A stretch of 64,000 bases of DNA from Mycoplasmatota bacterium (lineage in GTDB: Bacteria > Bacillota_I > Bacilli_A > MAG-NZ): contig CP074575.1 in NCBI GenBank assembly GCA_018394315.1, positions 682,001 to 746,000 on the forward strand, in the 5' to 3' direction. Of the stretch, positions 39,645-50,801 are shown in pieces; position 1 is the stretch's first letter, and the number at the start of each line of letters is the position of its first letter. The notes beneath the pieces are model-generated. The model saw only the letters and a program-made list of their open reading frames with translations. It had not been told where the DNA came from and did no database searches. Position numbers and translations under genes: made by a program.

Positions 39645-40937
39645 ATGAAAAAAATTATACTATTAATGATTGTGATTTTAGTAGGGTGCACAAAGAGTAT
39701 GGAACCTATAAAAATCGAGGAAGCTACAAATGAAACTACTATAGATTGTGAGAAATTTCCTTCTGCAACAGCGTGTATAGACAAAGGGGAAACAACTAAA
39801 CCAATCATTATTCCAGAGGTGATTGAGCAGACTGATCCTGATCCAATTCCTGATCCGGAACCGGAAACAGAACCAGTGCCAGAACCTGAGCCATACGATA
39901 TTTGTGATGACTACCCTAATCACGCGGAGTGTTTGGAGCCATTAACAAGTTTTCAAGTTTACACTCACGAGAGTGGAAATGATTATTTTGATTCGTTTAT
40001 AAGTATGAAATTATATATAGCATCTGATCAAAGAGGTTTTGATTATGTATCAATATATAGGAGACTAGGAGAAAAGTATCATCAAATAAGTGATAAGTAC
40101 CATAATTATGATGGTGTAGTTAATATAAAGACTATTAATGATAATCCAAGCAATACACATTATCTGTCTGAGGAGTTATATAATTTAATAAAATTTTCTA
40201 TTGCTAATTATGATTTAACAGAAGGTTATTTTGATATTTCTATTGGACCTGCTTCAAGTATTTGGCATTATTATAGAGAAAGATGTCTTGGCTATGATAA
40301 TCTTGTGCCATACTTTTGTAGCGTACCGAAAGTGGATGAGTTAAATAATGTAAGAAATTACATTGATATAGATAAGATTGTTCTAAATGATGATGAAATG
40401 TCAATAACAATGGAAGAAGGAATGAGTCTTGATTTAGGTGGAGTAGCTAAAGGATATTTTGTTGAGATGTTAGCTGATGAGTTTATGAAAAACGGGCTTA
40501 GAGCCTTCTTGATAAATGCAGGTGGTAATATTAAGACATACGGGAATAGACCACAGGATGAATTTTATACAATCGGTGTTCAAGATCCAACAAAACCAAG
40601 AGGGGAAGCTAAGTTACCATTTTCTTTGAATATTCCTGGAGGTTATTCTGTTGTTTCATCTGGAGATCAAATAAGATATTATGAAGTGGATGGTGAAATA
40701 TATCATCATATCGTTAATCCATATAATTTATTTCCGGATAGACATTCAAGACAAGTTACGATTATTACAAATGATTCACGAGCTGCTGACATTTTATCGA
40801 CAAGTGTATATTTAATGACTATAGAAGAAGGTATAGAATTCGTAGATAATTTAGATAATGTTGAAGCTATTTGGTATGGACTTGATGATGAAGTTTATTT
40901 TTCTAAAAATGCACTTGATTTTATTGTTTTTGATTAG
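39645..40937 (+). CDS. apbE: FAD:protein FMN transferase (flavinyl transferase) lipoprotein
   Basis: Lipobox LVGC; FDISIG; LDLGGVAKGY; INAGGN; SSGD..RY; YHHIVNP; ADILST. Confidence 0.93.
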   Translation: MKKIILLMIVILVGCTKSMEPIKIEEATNETTIDCEKFPSATACIDKGETTKPIIIPEVIEQTDPDPIPDPEPETEPVPEPEPYDICDDYPNHAECLEPLTSFQVYTHESGNDYFDSFISMKLYIASDQRGFDYVSIYRRLGEKYHQISDKYHNYDGVVNIKTINDNPSNTHYLSEELYNLIKFSIANYDLTEGYFDISIGPASSIWHYYRERCLGYDNLVPYFCSVPKVDELNNVRNYIDIDKIVLNDDEMSITMEEGMSLDLGGVAKGYFVEMLADEFMKNGLRAFLINAGGNIKTYGNRPQDEFYTIGVQDPTKPRGEAKLPFSLNIPGGYSVVSSGDQIRYYEVDGEIYHHIVNPYNLFPDRHSRQVTIITNDSRAADILSTSVYLMTIEEGIEFVDNLDNVEAIWYGLDDEVYFSKNALDFIVFD

Positions 40938-41010
40938 TGAATGTGGGATATTGTAAATTTACATGATACTGCGTTTTTGATATAATGAGTTGTAAAAGAG
41001 GGGCTAAAGT

Positions 41011-44000
41011 ATGAAAAAAATATATATATTTCTAAGTTTATTTACTGTTGTTTTTGTTTTATCCGCATGTAAGGAAAAAATTATTGATATTCCTATTGAA
41101 ATGCAACAGGAAAACGAAGAGAATGATCCAGTTGATAAAGAAGACACTACAGAAACTCCAGATGATAAGACAGAAGATCCTTGTGATCCAGTTATTATCG
41201 AAGTGGAAGTACCTGTACCTGTTGAAATTGAAAGACAAAGAAAATATAAACCAGGAACTTACTTTAATTCAAGTGAGAATTCAGTTGGTACCAATGGATA
41301 TAACTTTGTTGTTGTTGTAGTTGATGGATACGGTGATATTTCGGGTGTTCTTATAGATGAAACTTATTCAAGCAAAAGGATTTATGCAGACTCTGATGGA
41401 AAACTTTATGTTTATGTCCTTGGGAATGGAACAACTGTGCCAAACTCTTATCGTTTAATTGATAAGGATTTAGATTATAACTCTTATCCAACTGGCATGG
41501 ACGCATTAACAACTGATGACTATATTGTGGGAATTCATTCTGATGAGATTAATGAACTATCTGAAATTCAAGTGAATGAAACTAAAGCATACTTAGGAAA
41601 TCAACTAGATATGGCAGGGAAATACACATATCAAAAACAAGTTGAGATGATTTCAGAAAAGATAATTACCGATAATACAACTTATGGATTCAACTTATAC
41701 GAATCAGGTAACAGTATAAAAACAGATTCCATAGCAGGAGTATCAATCCATATATCAGAGTATCTAGAACTTGTTCAAGAAATTCTAGATAATGATGCTA
41801 GAATATCTGAAAGTGATTATTTATTATCAAAAGATGATCCTATATATGGGATTTATGAACCGGGATCGTATGTTTCTTATTCAGATAAACTATTAGTTGA
41901 CGACTCATTAAACTTCGATTTTTCATTTGTTGTCGTAGATGATTTTGGAGTTATTAGTGGTGTATACTTGGACTCAACGAGTTCTGACACTATCACTGAA
42001 GGTAGTAATTCTTCTAAAGGAATTATGAAAGAAGCTTATGGCCTAGGTATTATGGCTGAGACAAGTCCTTGGTATGCTCAGGCTAATGCATTAAGTCAAC
42101 AAATTATAAATAACCAAGGAATCAAAGGAATTGAATTATTAAGAATTGATCCGCTAAATGGTTTTGATGATAGTTCAATTGATATATTAGAGACTGAGGG
42201 GCGTGTACCTTTATATACTGATTCAGTAGCAAGTGTTTCAGTTCGTGTAGATGGTATGCTTCAAGCAGTTGATAAAACTTTAAATTCCATAAAATATTCT
42301 AATTATGTGGATGGTACTTACTACAAGTCAAATAGTGGTGAAAATCATATCTTTAATTTACTGACTATTAAAGACGGAGAAATTAAGTCGATTTATATAG
42401 ATAAAGTGAAGAGTGTTTATCAAGCTCAGCACTCGAAATCTAACAATGAGTACAAGGTATTTAAATTTATACGTCTATTTAAGGTGAATAATGTTACATT
42501 ATCCGCTTCTATTAGAGTCTATCAAGACGGAGATGATTATTACTCGTTAGATGATTTTCACTATATTGGTAGTCTTGAATTAGATGACCGTGAAAAGATA
42601 AATAGAGATGAACTTATGAATTTAGATACTGTAGAGAGTGATACTTTAGTAGCAGTCCCTGGTTATTATACTGCTAGAATTGCTAAGGATAGTGACTATG
42701 TGAATTTAAATGGTTGGTCAAATTATATTAATTTAATTACTAGTAAATTTCTTGAAAGTAATGGGACAGATAGTCTACTGGTAGATGAACAGGGATTAAC
42801 TTTATATGATGATATGGCAGTCTTTAATACTACTGATATAGTGAATTTAGTAAACAAAACACTATATTCAGCAAGAAACATAGAGAACAACCTCATTAAT
42901 GAAGTGGGTAGTACACTTTCAGATAAGTTAGCTGATGGAGAGTACTTTGTAAATCTCTTACCGGAATCTACCGGATATATAAAGTTTGGATATATGACTG
43001 TTCTTGATGGGGATATTATTTCGCTATACTTTGATCATACGATTGATAATGAAACTTATTCTACAACATTATTCTCTAGCAACAAATTAACTTCTAATAA
43101 TGGATTATCGATAAATGAACAAATAGTTTTATTAATGAATACAATAATTGATAATCAAAGTACTTTAGTTAACACGATTATAGATTCCTATAACTATACC
43201 AGTGAAGAAACATTAACATCAATTAACAATTTAGAAATTTTTCAAAATGATGATTTCAAGTCACCTATTGATGATTATATTGATATATTCGAGATGTTAG
43301 TGAGGGAAGCAGCAGATGAGAAATTAGTTCAGGATGCGAATTTAATTAATGAAGAATTACTTAATAATGAAAGATACTTTAATAATTCATACTTTATTAT
43401 AGATACTACTGAAGTGGAATATTTACCTTTATCAATTTCTAATTTAGAAACCAGCAACTATTACACATTAAAATGGAGTTCAGAAAACACAAAAATTGTC
43501 GATCTCGATATTAATGATAATGGATATGATGTAGTAATTGATGACGACATCGAAGAAGATGAATTTATTACACTAAAATTACAGGTATTTTTGGAAAATA
43601 CTTATAAAATAGTGGATACATTTTACTACGAGGTTCCACTGCTTACTAGAAGAGATGAAGGGATTAGAATACTGAATAATCCAGAGTTTGATTTACCAGC
43701 TGCATTTTTACTTGAAAACCACACGTTCGAATTTCCAACTTCGGATAAAGTTCAAGTCAAATGGATTTCATCTGACGCAAGTGTTTTTGAGGACGGAGTG
43801 ACTAGAAACATTAATTCTAATAAGGAATTGATACTAACTGCTTTCGTAGATTTAAATGAGGATGGACTATTAGATAACGGTGAACCGACTAAACAGTTTA
43901 ACGTTATGGTTTTAACAGAAGAAAATGCTATTGAGAAGGTTCATAGTGCTATTGGCTTGTCTAATATTTATAAATATTTGGATAAGGATTTTAGATTAAG

Positions 44001-44919
44001 TAAATATTCTCCTGTATGGGGAATTGATTATACTTGGGTAACGTATAACGATTATGTAACCTTGACTGAATATGAGGATTATGTTGATGTATCTATAATA
44101 AGAAAAGACTATGATTCAAATGTATCCTTTATTGCAGACTTAAATTTTGGAAGTTCTGTAAATGATTATAAGTTTAATTACAAAATATTAGCAGGTAACA
44201 AAAATGCTTATGCTGAATATGTTGAAGAAGATGCATCTGCTTTAGAGTTTTGTAACTTAAAATCATATGATGTAAGTGATCCAAAGATAGTTCCATTAGA
44301 TCTAACAAAACTTACTAAAGATGATTTAATTGGTGTAATTTCTGATGGAGAGTGCAAGTCTATCGTTGTTGATAAATTGAATGAATATAATGTCGGAATT
44401 GCTAGAGGTAGTAAGATTAAATTTGAAGTAAATGACTTTGGTATGTTTGTAGATAATAATGGAATGATTCTTTATGAAGATTATGAAAAGGATGCTTACT
44501 TCACATTGACTGCTACTATTGAATATACTGGTGGTTTAGTAAAGAGTACTTTAGTTAAAGAGTGGGACTTGGTTATCTTGAGTTCAAAGACACAAGAGGA
44601 GAATGCTATAGAGGACGAAAGTGAATTAGTTGATTACTTGATTGATATTTCTCATAATCAAGGAAGAGATGTTGAAATAGATTTACCAGTTACTGGTTAC
44701 ATTAACTCATCTACAATAACATGGACTCTAAATGAAAGCATTTCTACTATTCCAGATACAATGTATGATGTAAGTAAATTAGCTGACGGAGAGGTAATTA
44801 TATTAACTAATTCAGGATTAGATTCATTGGCGGAAAATCAAAGACTCGTTTTGACAGCTACATCAACTTATGGAAATTATTCGACATCTAAAGTTATCAT
44901 AATTAAACTTAAAGATTAA
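41011..44919 (+). CDS. Giant lipoprotein with about four FMN-binding-like modules and C-terminal Ig-like domains
   Basis: Lipobox LSAC; module starts YKPGTY, YEPGSY, YVDGTY, LADGEY; TDSIAGVS and TDSVASVS motifs; W.SS...LTA Ig-like repeats; follows apbE. Confidence 0.75.
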   Translation: MKKIYIFLSLFTVVFVLSACKEKIIDIPIEMQQENEENDPVDKEDTTETPDDKTEDPCDPVIIEVEVPVPVEIERQRKYKPGTYFNSSENSVGTNGYNFVVVVVDGYGDISGVLIDETYSSKRIYADSDGKLYVYVLGNGTTVPNSYRLIDKDLDYNSYPTGMDALTTDDYIVGIHSDEINELSEIQVNETKAYLGNQLDMAGKYTYQKQVEMISEKIITDNTTYGFNLYESGNSIKTDSIAGVSIHISEYLELVQEILDNDARISESDYLLSKDDPIYGIYEPGSYVSYSDKLLVDDSLNFDFSFVVVDDFGVISGVYLDSTSSDTITEGSNSSKGIMKEAYGLGIMAETSPWYAQANALSQQIINNQGIKGIELLRIDPLNGFDDSSIDILETEGRVPLYTDSVASVSVRVDGMLQAVDKTLNSIKYSNYVDGTYYKSNSGENHIFNLLTIKDGEIKSIYIDKVKSVYQAQHSKSNNEYKVFKFIRLFKVNNVTLSASIRVYQDGDDYYSLDDFHYIGSLELDDREKINRDELMNLDTVESDTLVAVPGYYTARIAKDSDYVNLNGWSNYINLITSKFLESNGTDSLLVDEQGLTLYDDMAVFNTTDIVNLVNKTLYSARNIENNLINEVGSTLSDKLADGEYFVNLLPESTGYIKFGYMTVLDGDIISLYFDHTIDNETYSTTLFSSNKLTSNNGLSINEQIVLLMNTIIDNQSTLVNTIIDSYNYTSEETLTSINNLEIFQNDDFKSPIDDYIDIFEMLVREAADEKLVQDANLINEELLNNERYFNNSYFIIDTTEVEYLPLSISNLETSNYYTLKWSSENTKIVDLDINDNGYDVVIDDDIEEDEFITLKLQVFLENTYKIVDTFYYEVPLLTRRDEGIRILNNPEFDLPAAFLLENHTFEFPTSDKVQVKWISSDASVFEDGVTRNINSNKELILTAFVDLNEDGLLDNGEPTKQFNVMVLTEENAIEKVHSAIGLSNIYKYLDKDFRLSKYSPVWGIDYTWVTYNDYVTLTEYEDYVDVSIIRKDYDSNVSFIADLNFGSSVNDYKFNYKILAGNKNAYAEYVEEDASALEFCNLKSYDVSDPKIVPLDLTKLTKDDLIGVISDGECKSIVVDKLNEYNVGIARGSKIKFEVNDFGMFVDNNGMILYEDYEKDAYFTLTATIEYTGGLVKSTLVKEWDLVILSSKTQEENAIEDESELVDYLIDISHNQGRDVEIDLPVTGYINSSTITWTLNESISTIPDTMYDVSKLADGEVIILTNSGLDSLAENQRLVLTATSTYGNYSTSKVIIIKLKD

Positions 44920-44965
44920 GATTCTCGTTATTAGAGAATCTTTTTCATTTTTATTGGAAAAGCTA

Positions 44966-44994
44966 TTGCTTCTTTTGATTAATTCGTGTATAAT
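44966..44994 (+). promoter_or_regulatory. SigA promoter of the S10 operon
   Basis: TTGCTT-17 nt-TATAAT. Confidence 0.75.
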
Positions 44995-45004
44995 TTTTTA
45001 TTGC

Positions 45005-45085
45005 AGGCGAAGACGTGCAAGGTTGCTGACACACTAGGAAGCGTTGCCTATGCCTAGTGTGATGGGTTTTTTGCATCGAGCTAGC
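45005..45085 (+). ncRNA. Firmicutes-type S10 ribosomal protein leader (cis-regulatory RNA)
   Basis: AGGTTGCTGACACAC...TTGCC...GTGTG hairpin (CACACTAGG/CCTAGTGTG) in the rpsJ 5' UTR, resembling Bacillus S10 leaders. Confidence 0.65.
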
Positions 45086-45117
45086 TTATTATGATATGAG
45101 CGAAAGGAGTGAAAAAG

Positions 45118-45420
45118 ATGGCAAATAAGATTCGCATTAAATTGAGAGCTTACGATCATGCTTTGATTGATCAGTCTTCAAAAAAGATCGTAGACACTGC
45201 GAAGAAAACGGGTTCTAAGGTGGTTGGTCCAGTACCGTTACCAACTAAAACTGAAATCTTCACGATATTAAGAAGTCCACATGTTAATAAGGATTCTCGT
45301 GAGCAGTTTGAAAGAAGAACTCATAAGCGTATGATTGACATTGTGGATGCGACTCCACAAACAATTGATGCGTTAATGCACTTAGACTTACCGTCTGGTG
45401 TGGAAATTGTAATTAAATAA
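45118..45420 (+). CDS. rpsJ: 30S ribosomal protein S10
   Basis: [11 protein letters not shown]...GPVPLPT; RBS supports ATG 45118. Confidence 0.98.
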   Translation: MANKIRIKLRAYDHALIDQSSKKIVDTAKKTGSKVVGPVPLPTKTEIFTILRSPHVNKDSREQFERRTHKRMIDIVDATPQTIDALMHLDLPSGVEIVIK

Positions 45421-45437
45421 TATAGGAGGTGTAACTC

Positions 45438-46064
45438 ATGGCTAAAGGAATCTTAGGTAAAAAAGTTGGGATGACACAAATCTTTAATTCTGAAGGTAAG
45501 TTAGTTCCTGTTACTGTTATTGATTGTAATGGTAATGTTGTTTTACAGAAGAAGTCTGTTGAGAATGATGGTTATGAATCTGTTCAAGTTGGTTATGGTG
45601 AAAAAAGCGAAAAAGCTTCTAACAAACCAATGATGGGTCATTTCGAAAAATCTGGATCAACACCTAAGCGCTACCTGAAAGAACTTCGTACAAATGAGAT
45701 GTCTGAGTTCGAAGTAGGTCAGGAGGTGCCTGTTAGCATATTCGCTGATGGTGACTATGTAGACGTTCAAGGTGTTTCAAAAGGGAAAGGGTTCCAAGGT
45801 AGTATCAAACGACACAACCAAAGTAGAGGACCTATGTCTCATGGTTCACATTATCATCGAAGACCTGGTTCAATGGGACCTGTTGCTCCAAACAGAGTAG
45901 CAAAAGGTAAAAAATTACCTGGTCACATGGGAAGTAGAACTATTACTATCCAAAATTTACAAATTGTAAAAGTTGATGCAGACCGCGGATTATTACTAAT
46001 TAAAGGTAATGTTCCAGGTGCCAACAAAACATTTGTAACAATTAAAAACGCAATTAAAAAATAA
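45438..46064 (+). CDS. rplC: 50S ribosomal protein L3
   Basis: [18 protein letters not shown]. Confidence 0.98.
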   Translation: MAKGILGKKVGMTQIFNSEGKLVPVTVIDCNGNVVLQKKSVENDGYESVQVGYGEKSEKASNKPMMGHFEKSGSTPKRYLKELRTNEMSEFEVGQEVPVSIFADGDYVDVQGVSKGKGFQGSIKRHNQSRGPMSHGSHYHRRPGSMGPVAPNRVAKGKKLPGHMGSRTITIQNLQIVKVDADRGLLLIKGNVPGANKTFVTIKNAIKK

Positions 46065-46090
46065 GTTTTAACCGGAAAGGAGGATTTACT

Positions 46091-46714
46091 ATGCCTAAGT
46101 TAGCATTGTTAAATCAAGCTGGTGATAAGGTAAAAGATATTACATTAAACGAATCTGTTTTTGGAATCGAACCTAATCAGCAAGTATTATATGATGTTAT
46201 TAAAGCTCAAAGAGCTGCGATGCGTCAGGGAACTCAAAAAGCTAAAACACGCTCTGAAGTTCGTGGTGGTGGTAGAAAACCTTGGCGTCAAAAAGGTACT
46301 GGTCGCGCTAGACAAGGATCTACAAGATCGCCTCAATGGGTTGGCGGAGGAGTTGTATTTGCTCCACAGCCTAGAGACTATGATGTGAAAGTAAATAAAA
46401 AAGTAAAACAGTTAGCTCTTAAATCAGCTTACTCTGCAAAAGTTAGTGATGAAGAAATTCGTGTATTAGACAAATTGGAATTAGCTGAAATCAAAACAAA
46501 GGTGTTCCAAGATGTACTAACTAATATTAATACAACTGGTAGAACATTAGTAATATTAAGTGAAGCTAATGATACTGTTGAATTATCAGGTAGAAATATC
46601 CCTGGTGTTGAAATTAACACATGGGATCACGTAAGTGTATATGATATCCTAAGAGCTCATAATGTAGTTATTACATTTGATGCTGTTAAAAAAGTTGAGG
46701 AGGTGCTTGGATAA
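46091..46714 (+). CDS. rplD: 50S ribosomal protein L4
   Basis: GGGRKPWRQKGTGRARQGS. Confidence 0.98.
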   Translation: MPKLALLNQAGDKVKDITLNESVFGIEPNQQVLYDVIKAQRAAMRQGTQKAKTRSEVRGGGRKPWRQKGTGRARQGSTRSPQWVGGGVVFAPQPRDYDVKVNKKVKQLALKSAYSAKVSDEEIRVLDKLELAEIKTKVFQDVLTNINTTGRTLVILSEANDTVELSGRNIPGVEINTWDHVSVYDILRAHNVVITFDAVKKVEEVLG

Positions 46715-46998
46715 TGAAAAGTATTTATGAAGTTTTAAAGCGTCCAATCATCACTGAGAAATCAATGAGTTTAGTTGAAATGGGTAAATATACATTCGAA
46801 GTTGCTCAAGACGCAAATAAAATTGAGATTAAAGATGCCGTTGGAAAATTATTTAACGTAGATGTTGAGAAAGTTAATTTAATTAACGGTAAAGCAAAGA
46901 AAAAAAGAGTAGGTAAACATTCTGGATACACTGCTAAAGTAAAAAAAGCGATTGTTACTATTAAAAAGGGACAATCTATTGACATTTTTGAAATCTAG
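46714..46998 (+). CDS. rplW: 50S ribosomal protein L23
   Basis: [14 protein letters not shown]; operon position. Confidence 0.97.
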   Translation: MKSIYEVLKRPIITEKSMSLVEMGKYTFEVAQDANKIEIKDAVGKLFNVDVEKVNLINGKAKKKRVGKHSGYTAKVKKAIVTIKKGQSIDIFEI

Positions 46999-47015
46999 TA
47001 AAGGAGGAAACAAGA

Positions 47016-47843
47016 ATGGCGATTAAAATCTATAAAGCTACGACTAATGGTAGAAGACATATGACTTCATTAGATTATAAAGAAATCACAACAAATAAAC
47101 CTGAAAAGTCGTTGTTAGCTCCTTTAAGTAAACGTGGGGGACGTAATCATCAAGGTAAGATTACAGTACGTCATCAAGCTGGAGGACATAAGAGAAAGTA
47201 TCGTATCATAGACTTCAAACGTAACAAAGACAACGTTGTTGGTAAAGTTGCGACTATCGAATATGATCCTAACAGAAGCGCTAATATAGCTTTAATTCAT
47301 TATTTAGATGGAGAGAAGAGATATATTATTGCTGCTAAAGGATTAGAAGTAGGTATGGAAGTTGAATCTGGACCTAATGCGGATATCAAGGCTGGTAATG
47401 CATTACCATTAATTAATATCCCAGTTGGTACAACTGTACATAACATTGAGTTATATCCTGGTAGAGGTGGACAATTAGTTAGATCTGCTGGTACCAGTGC
47501 ACAAATTTTAGGACGTGAAGGTAAGTACGTTTTAGTTAGATTAACTTCAGGTGAAGTTAGAAAAATATTAAGTACTTGTCGCGCTACTATCGGAGAAGTT
47601 GGGAATGAATTTCACGAGTTAGTTAATATTGGTAAAGCTGGTAGAAAAAGACACATGGGTATTAAACCTACTGTACGTGGTTCAGTAATGAACCCTGTTG
47701 ATCACCCTCATGGTGGTGGTGAAGGTAGAACACCTATCGGTAGAAAACAACCAGTTACTCCTTGGGGTAAACCAGCATTAGGTAAGAAAACTCGTAAGAA
47801 AAACAAAAAATCATCAAAACTTATCGTTCGTAGACGTAAATAA
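47016..47843 (+). CDS. rplB: 50S ribosomal protein L2
   Basis: [18 protein letters not shown]. Confidence 0.98.
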   Translation: MAIKIYKATTNGRRHMTSLDYKEITTNKPEKSLLAPLSKRGGRNHQGKITVRHQAGGHKRKYRIIDFKRNKDNVVGKVATIEYDPNRSANIALIHYLDGEKRYIIAAKGLEVGMEVESGPNADIKAGNALPLINIPVGTTVHNIELYPGRGGQLVRSAGTSAQILGREGKYVLVRLTSGEVRKILSTCRATIGEVGNEFHELVNIGKAGRKRHMGIKPTVRGSVMNPVDHPHGGGEGRTPIGRKQPVTPWGKPALGKKTRKKNKKSSKLIVRRRK

Positions 47844-47861
47844 CATAAAGGAGGTTATTAT

Positions 47862-48137
47862 ATGGCTCGTTCACTTAAAAAAGGACCATTCGCTGATGCT
47901 CACTTGTTAAAGAAAGTTGAGGCTTTAAACGCTGATAACAAAAAGCAAGTAATTCAGACATGGTCAAGAAGATCCACTGTATTCCCAAGTTTTGTAGGAC
48001 ATACAATCGCAGTTCATAATGGACGCGAACATGTTCCGGTATATATAACTGAAGACATGGTAGGACATAAATTGGGTGAGTTTGCACCGACAAGAACTTA
48101 CCATGGACATATAAAAGATAAGAAAGCTAATAGATAA
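47862..48137 (+). CDS. rpsS: 30S ribosomal protein S19
   Basis: [19 protein letters not shown]. Confidence 0.98.
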   Translation: MARSLKKGPFADAHLLKKVEALNADNKKQVIQTWSRRSTVFPSFVGHTIAVHNGREHVPVYITEDMVGHKLGEFAPTRTYHGHIKDKKANR

Positions 48138-48151
48138 GGAGGACGAACATT

Positions 48152-48487
48152 GTGGAAGTAAAAGCTTATAAAAAGATGATCCGCATCGCTCCTCGTAAGG
48201 TTAGATTAGTAATCGATCTTGTTCGTGGAAAAGATTGCGGAGAAGCAATTTCAATATTGAGAAATACAAACAAAAGAGCTGCAAAAGATGTTGAAAAATT
48301 AATCGTTAGCGCAATGAATAATGCTGAACACAATAACGATATGGATATCAACAACTTATACGTAAAGACAATCTATGCTAATGAAGGTCCTACTCTAAAA
48401 AGAATTAGACCTAGAGCACGTGGTAGCGCTAGTAGAATCTTAAAGAGAACTAGTAGCATTACTGTGTTCGTAGCAGAGAAAGAGTAA
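48152..48487 (+). CDS. rplV: 50S ribosomal protein L22
   Basis: [23 protein letters not shown]. Confidence 0.98.
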   Translation: MEVKAYKKMIRIAPRKVRLVIDLVRGKDCGEAISILRNTNKRAAKDVEKLIVSAMNNAEHNNDMDINNLYVKTIYANEGPTLKRIRPRARGSASRILKRTSSITVFVAEKE

Positions 48488-48500
48488 AGGAGGGAATTCT

Positions 48501-49148
48501 ATGGGTCAAAAGGTAAGTCCTGTTGGACTGCGCGTTGGTGTCATTAGAGATTGGGATGCTAAATGGTTCTTCGATCAAAAAGAAGTTCCTGAAGTACTAC
48601 AAGAAGATTTGCAAATCAGAGATTTGTTATCTGATAAATTTCATAACGCAGCAGTTTCAAAAGTTGTTATCGAAAGAAAATCAAAAGATAAAATTGATAT
48701 TATCTTAAATACGGCTAAGCCTGGTGTTATTATTGGGCAAGATGGGAAAAAGAAATTAGAAGTTGTTAATGAATTAGAAAAACTTACAAACAAATCAGTT
48801 ATGTTGAACATCGTAGAAATTCGCAAACCAGAAGTAGACGCGTTCTTGGTTGCTAGAAACATTGCTGAACAACTAGAAAACCGTGCTTCTTTCAGAAGAG
48901 CACAAAAAGTTGCAATCCAAAGAGCTATCAAAAATGGAGCTTTAGGATGTAAAACTATGGTTTCTGGTCGTTTAGGTGGTGCTGATATGGCAAGAAGCGA
49001 AGGTTACTCTGAAGGTAACGTTCCACTTCATACACTAAGAGCAGACATTGACTATGCACACGCAGAAGCAAACACTACTTATGGAAAATTAGGAATTAAA
49101 GTATGGATCTATAAAGGTGAAGTACTTCCTAAGAAAAAAGGAGAGTAG
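48501..49148 (+). CDS. rpsC: 30S ribosomal protein S3
   Basis: [21 protein letters not shown]. Confidence 0.98.
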   Translation: MGQKVSPVGLRVGVIRDWDAKWFFDQKEVPEVLQEDLQIRDLLSDKFHNAAVSKVVIERKSKDKIDIILNTAKPGVIIGQDGKKKLEVVNELEKLTNKSVMLNIVEIRKPEVDAFLVARNIAEQLENRASFRRAQKVAIQRAIKNGALGCKTMVSGRLGGADMARSEGYSEGNVPLHTLRADIDYAHAEANTTYGKLGIKVWIYKGEVLPKKKGE

Positions 49149-49154
49149 TCAATT

Positions 49155-49589
49155 ATGTTAATGCCAAAAAGAACTAAGTATAGAAGACCACATCGCGTTC
49201 CTCATGATAGAGGTGTTGCAAAAGGTGGTAGAGAAGTACAATTTGGTGAATTCGGTATGCAAGCAGTAACTAGTGCTTGGATCACGAATAGACAAATTGA
49301 AGCTGCTCGTGTTGCGATGACAAGATATATGAAACGTCAAGGTCAAGTTTGGATAAAAATATTCCCTCATTTAGCTAAAACTGCAAAACCATTAGAAGTG
49401 AGAATGGGTTCTGGTAAAGGAGCTCCTGACGGATGGGTAGCAGTAGTAAAAAAAGAAAAAGTAATGTTTGAGATTGCGGGAGTGTCTGAAGAAATCGCTA
49501 GAGAAGCGTTTAGATTAGCATCTCATAAATTACCTGTAAAAACAAAGTTTGTAAAAAGAGTAAGTGGTGGTGAAAACAATGAAAGCTAA
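49155..49589 (+). CDS. rplP: 50S ribosomal protein L16
   Basis: [19 protein letters not shown]. Confidence 0.98.
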   Translation: MLMPKRTKYRRPHRVPHDRGVAKGGREVQFGEFGMQAVTSAWITNRQIEAARVAMTRYMKRQGQVWIKIFPHLAKTAKPLEVRMGSGKGAPDGWVAVVKKEKVMFEIAGVSEEIAREAFRLASHKLPVKTKFVKRVSGGENNES

Positions 49590-49779
49590 TGAAATTAGAA
49601 AAATGAACACTACCGAAATTGAGAAAGAAATCGTTAATTTGAAGAAGGAATTATTCGATTTAAGATTTCAAGCAGCTGTTGGTCAATTAGAAAATACTGC
49701 AAGGCTTTCAAAAATCAAGAAAGATATTGCGAGAATGTACACGATTGTTACTGAGCGTGAGAAAGACATTCGAGTGTAG
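49579..49779 (+). CDS. rpmC: 50S ribosomal protein L29
   Basis: MKANEIR...ELFDLRFQ...KKDIAR. Confidence 0.96.
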   Translation: MKANEIRKMNTTEIEKEIVNLKKELFDLRFQAAVGQLENTARLSKIKKDIARMYTIVTEREKDIRV

Positions 49780-49788
49780 GAGGTACAT

Positions 49789-50049
49789 ATGGAACGTAAT
49801 CAACGTAAAGTATATACTGGAACAGTAGTTTCAGACAAAATGGACAAAACAATTACGGTAGCTGTAGAAACAAAAAGAAAACATAAGTTATACAAAAAGG
49901 CTGTTAAGCAGACAAAAAAATATACTGCTCATGATGAGAACGGTGTTGCTAAAATGGGTGACATTGTTAAAATTATGGAAACTAGACCATTATCTAAAAG
50001 TAAGAGATTTCGTTTAGTTGAAGTAGTAGAAGAAAGTATCGAGATTTAA
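49789..50049 (+). CDS. rpsQ: 30S ribosomal protein S17
   Basis: [21 protein letters not shown]. Confidence 0.98.
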   Translation: MERNQRKVYTGTVVSDKMDKTITVAVETKRKHKLYKKAVKQTKKYTAHDENGVAKMGDIVKIMETRPLSKSKRFRLVEVVEESIEI

Positions 50050-50069
50050 TCTGGAAGGAGGATTCCACT

Positions 50070-50438
50070 ATGATTCAACAAGAATCTAGGTTAAAAGTAG
50101 CTGATAACTCTGGTGCTCGTGAGATTTTAACAATTAAAGTTTTGGGGGGATCAGGTAGACAATACGCTAATATTGGTGATATTATCGTTGCTACTGTTAA
50201 AGCCGCTACTCCTGGTGGTCAAGTGAAAAAGGGAGAAGTAATTAGAGCTGTAATAGTACGCACTAAACATGGATTAAGAAGAAGTGATGGAACATACATC
50301 AAATTTGATGATAATGCGGCAGTAATTATCAGAGAAGACAAAACTCCGCGTGGAACTCGTATCTTCGGTCCTGTAGCAAGAGAATTACGTGAAAAAGAAT
50401 TTATGAAAATCGTTTCTCTAGCTCCTGAAGTGCTATAG
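50070..50438 (+). CDS. rplN: 50S ribosomal protein L14
   Basis: [24 protein letters not shown]. Confidence 0.98.
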   Translation: MIQQESRLKVADNSGAREILTIKVLGGSGRQYANIGDIIVATVKAATPGGQVKKGEVIRAVIVRTKHGLRRSDGTYIKFDDNAAVIIREDKTPRGTRIFGPVARELREKEFMKIVSLAPEVL

Positions 50439-50455
50439 CCTATAAAAGGAGGTTA

Positions 50456-50770
50456 ATGAGAGTGAAAATTAAAAAAGGTGATACTGTAGTTGTACTATCT
50501 GGTAAGGATAAAGGAAAAGTAGCATCGGTGACTAAAGTTTTAGCTAAAAACAATAAAGTTATTGTTGAAGGTGTAAATATTGTTAAAAAACATCAAAAGC
50601 CTTCACAAGCTAATCCTGATGGTGGGATTATTGAGTTCGCTGCACCGATTGACGCATCTAATGTAGCTATTCAAGATCCTAAAACTAAAGAAGCAACTAG
50701 AGTGGGATATAAATTAGTTGATGGAAAAAAAGTTCGCTATGCTAAAAAATCTGGTGAATTATTAAACTAA
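50456..50770 (+). CDS. rplX: 50S ribosomal protein L24
   Basis: [16 protein letters not shown]. Confidence 0.98.
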   Translation: MRVKIKKGDTVVVLSGKDKGKVASVTKVLAKNNKVIVEGVNIVKKHQKPSQANPDGGIIEFAAPIDASNVAIQDPKTKEATRVGYKLVDGKKVRYAKKSGELLN

Positions 50771-50801
50771 TAAATAATTCAGGAAGGAGGATAAGTGATA
50801 T

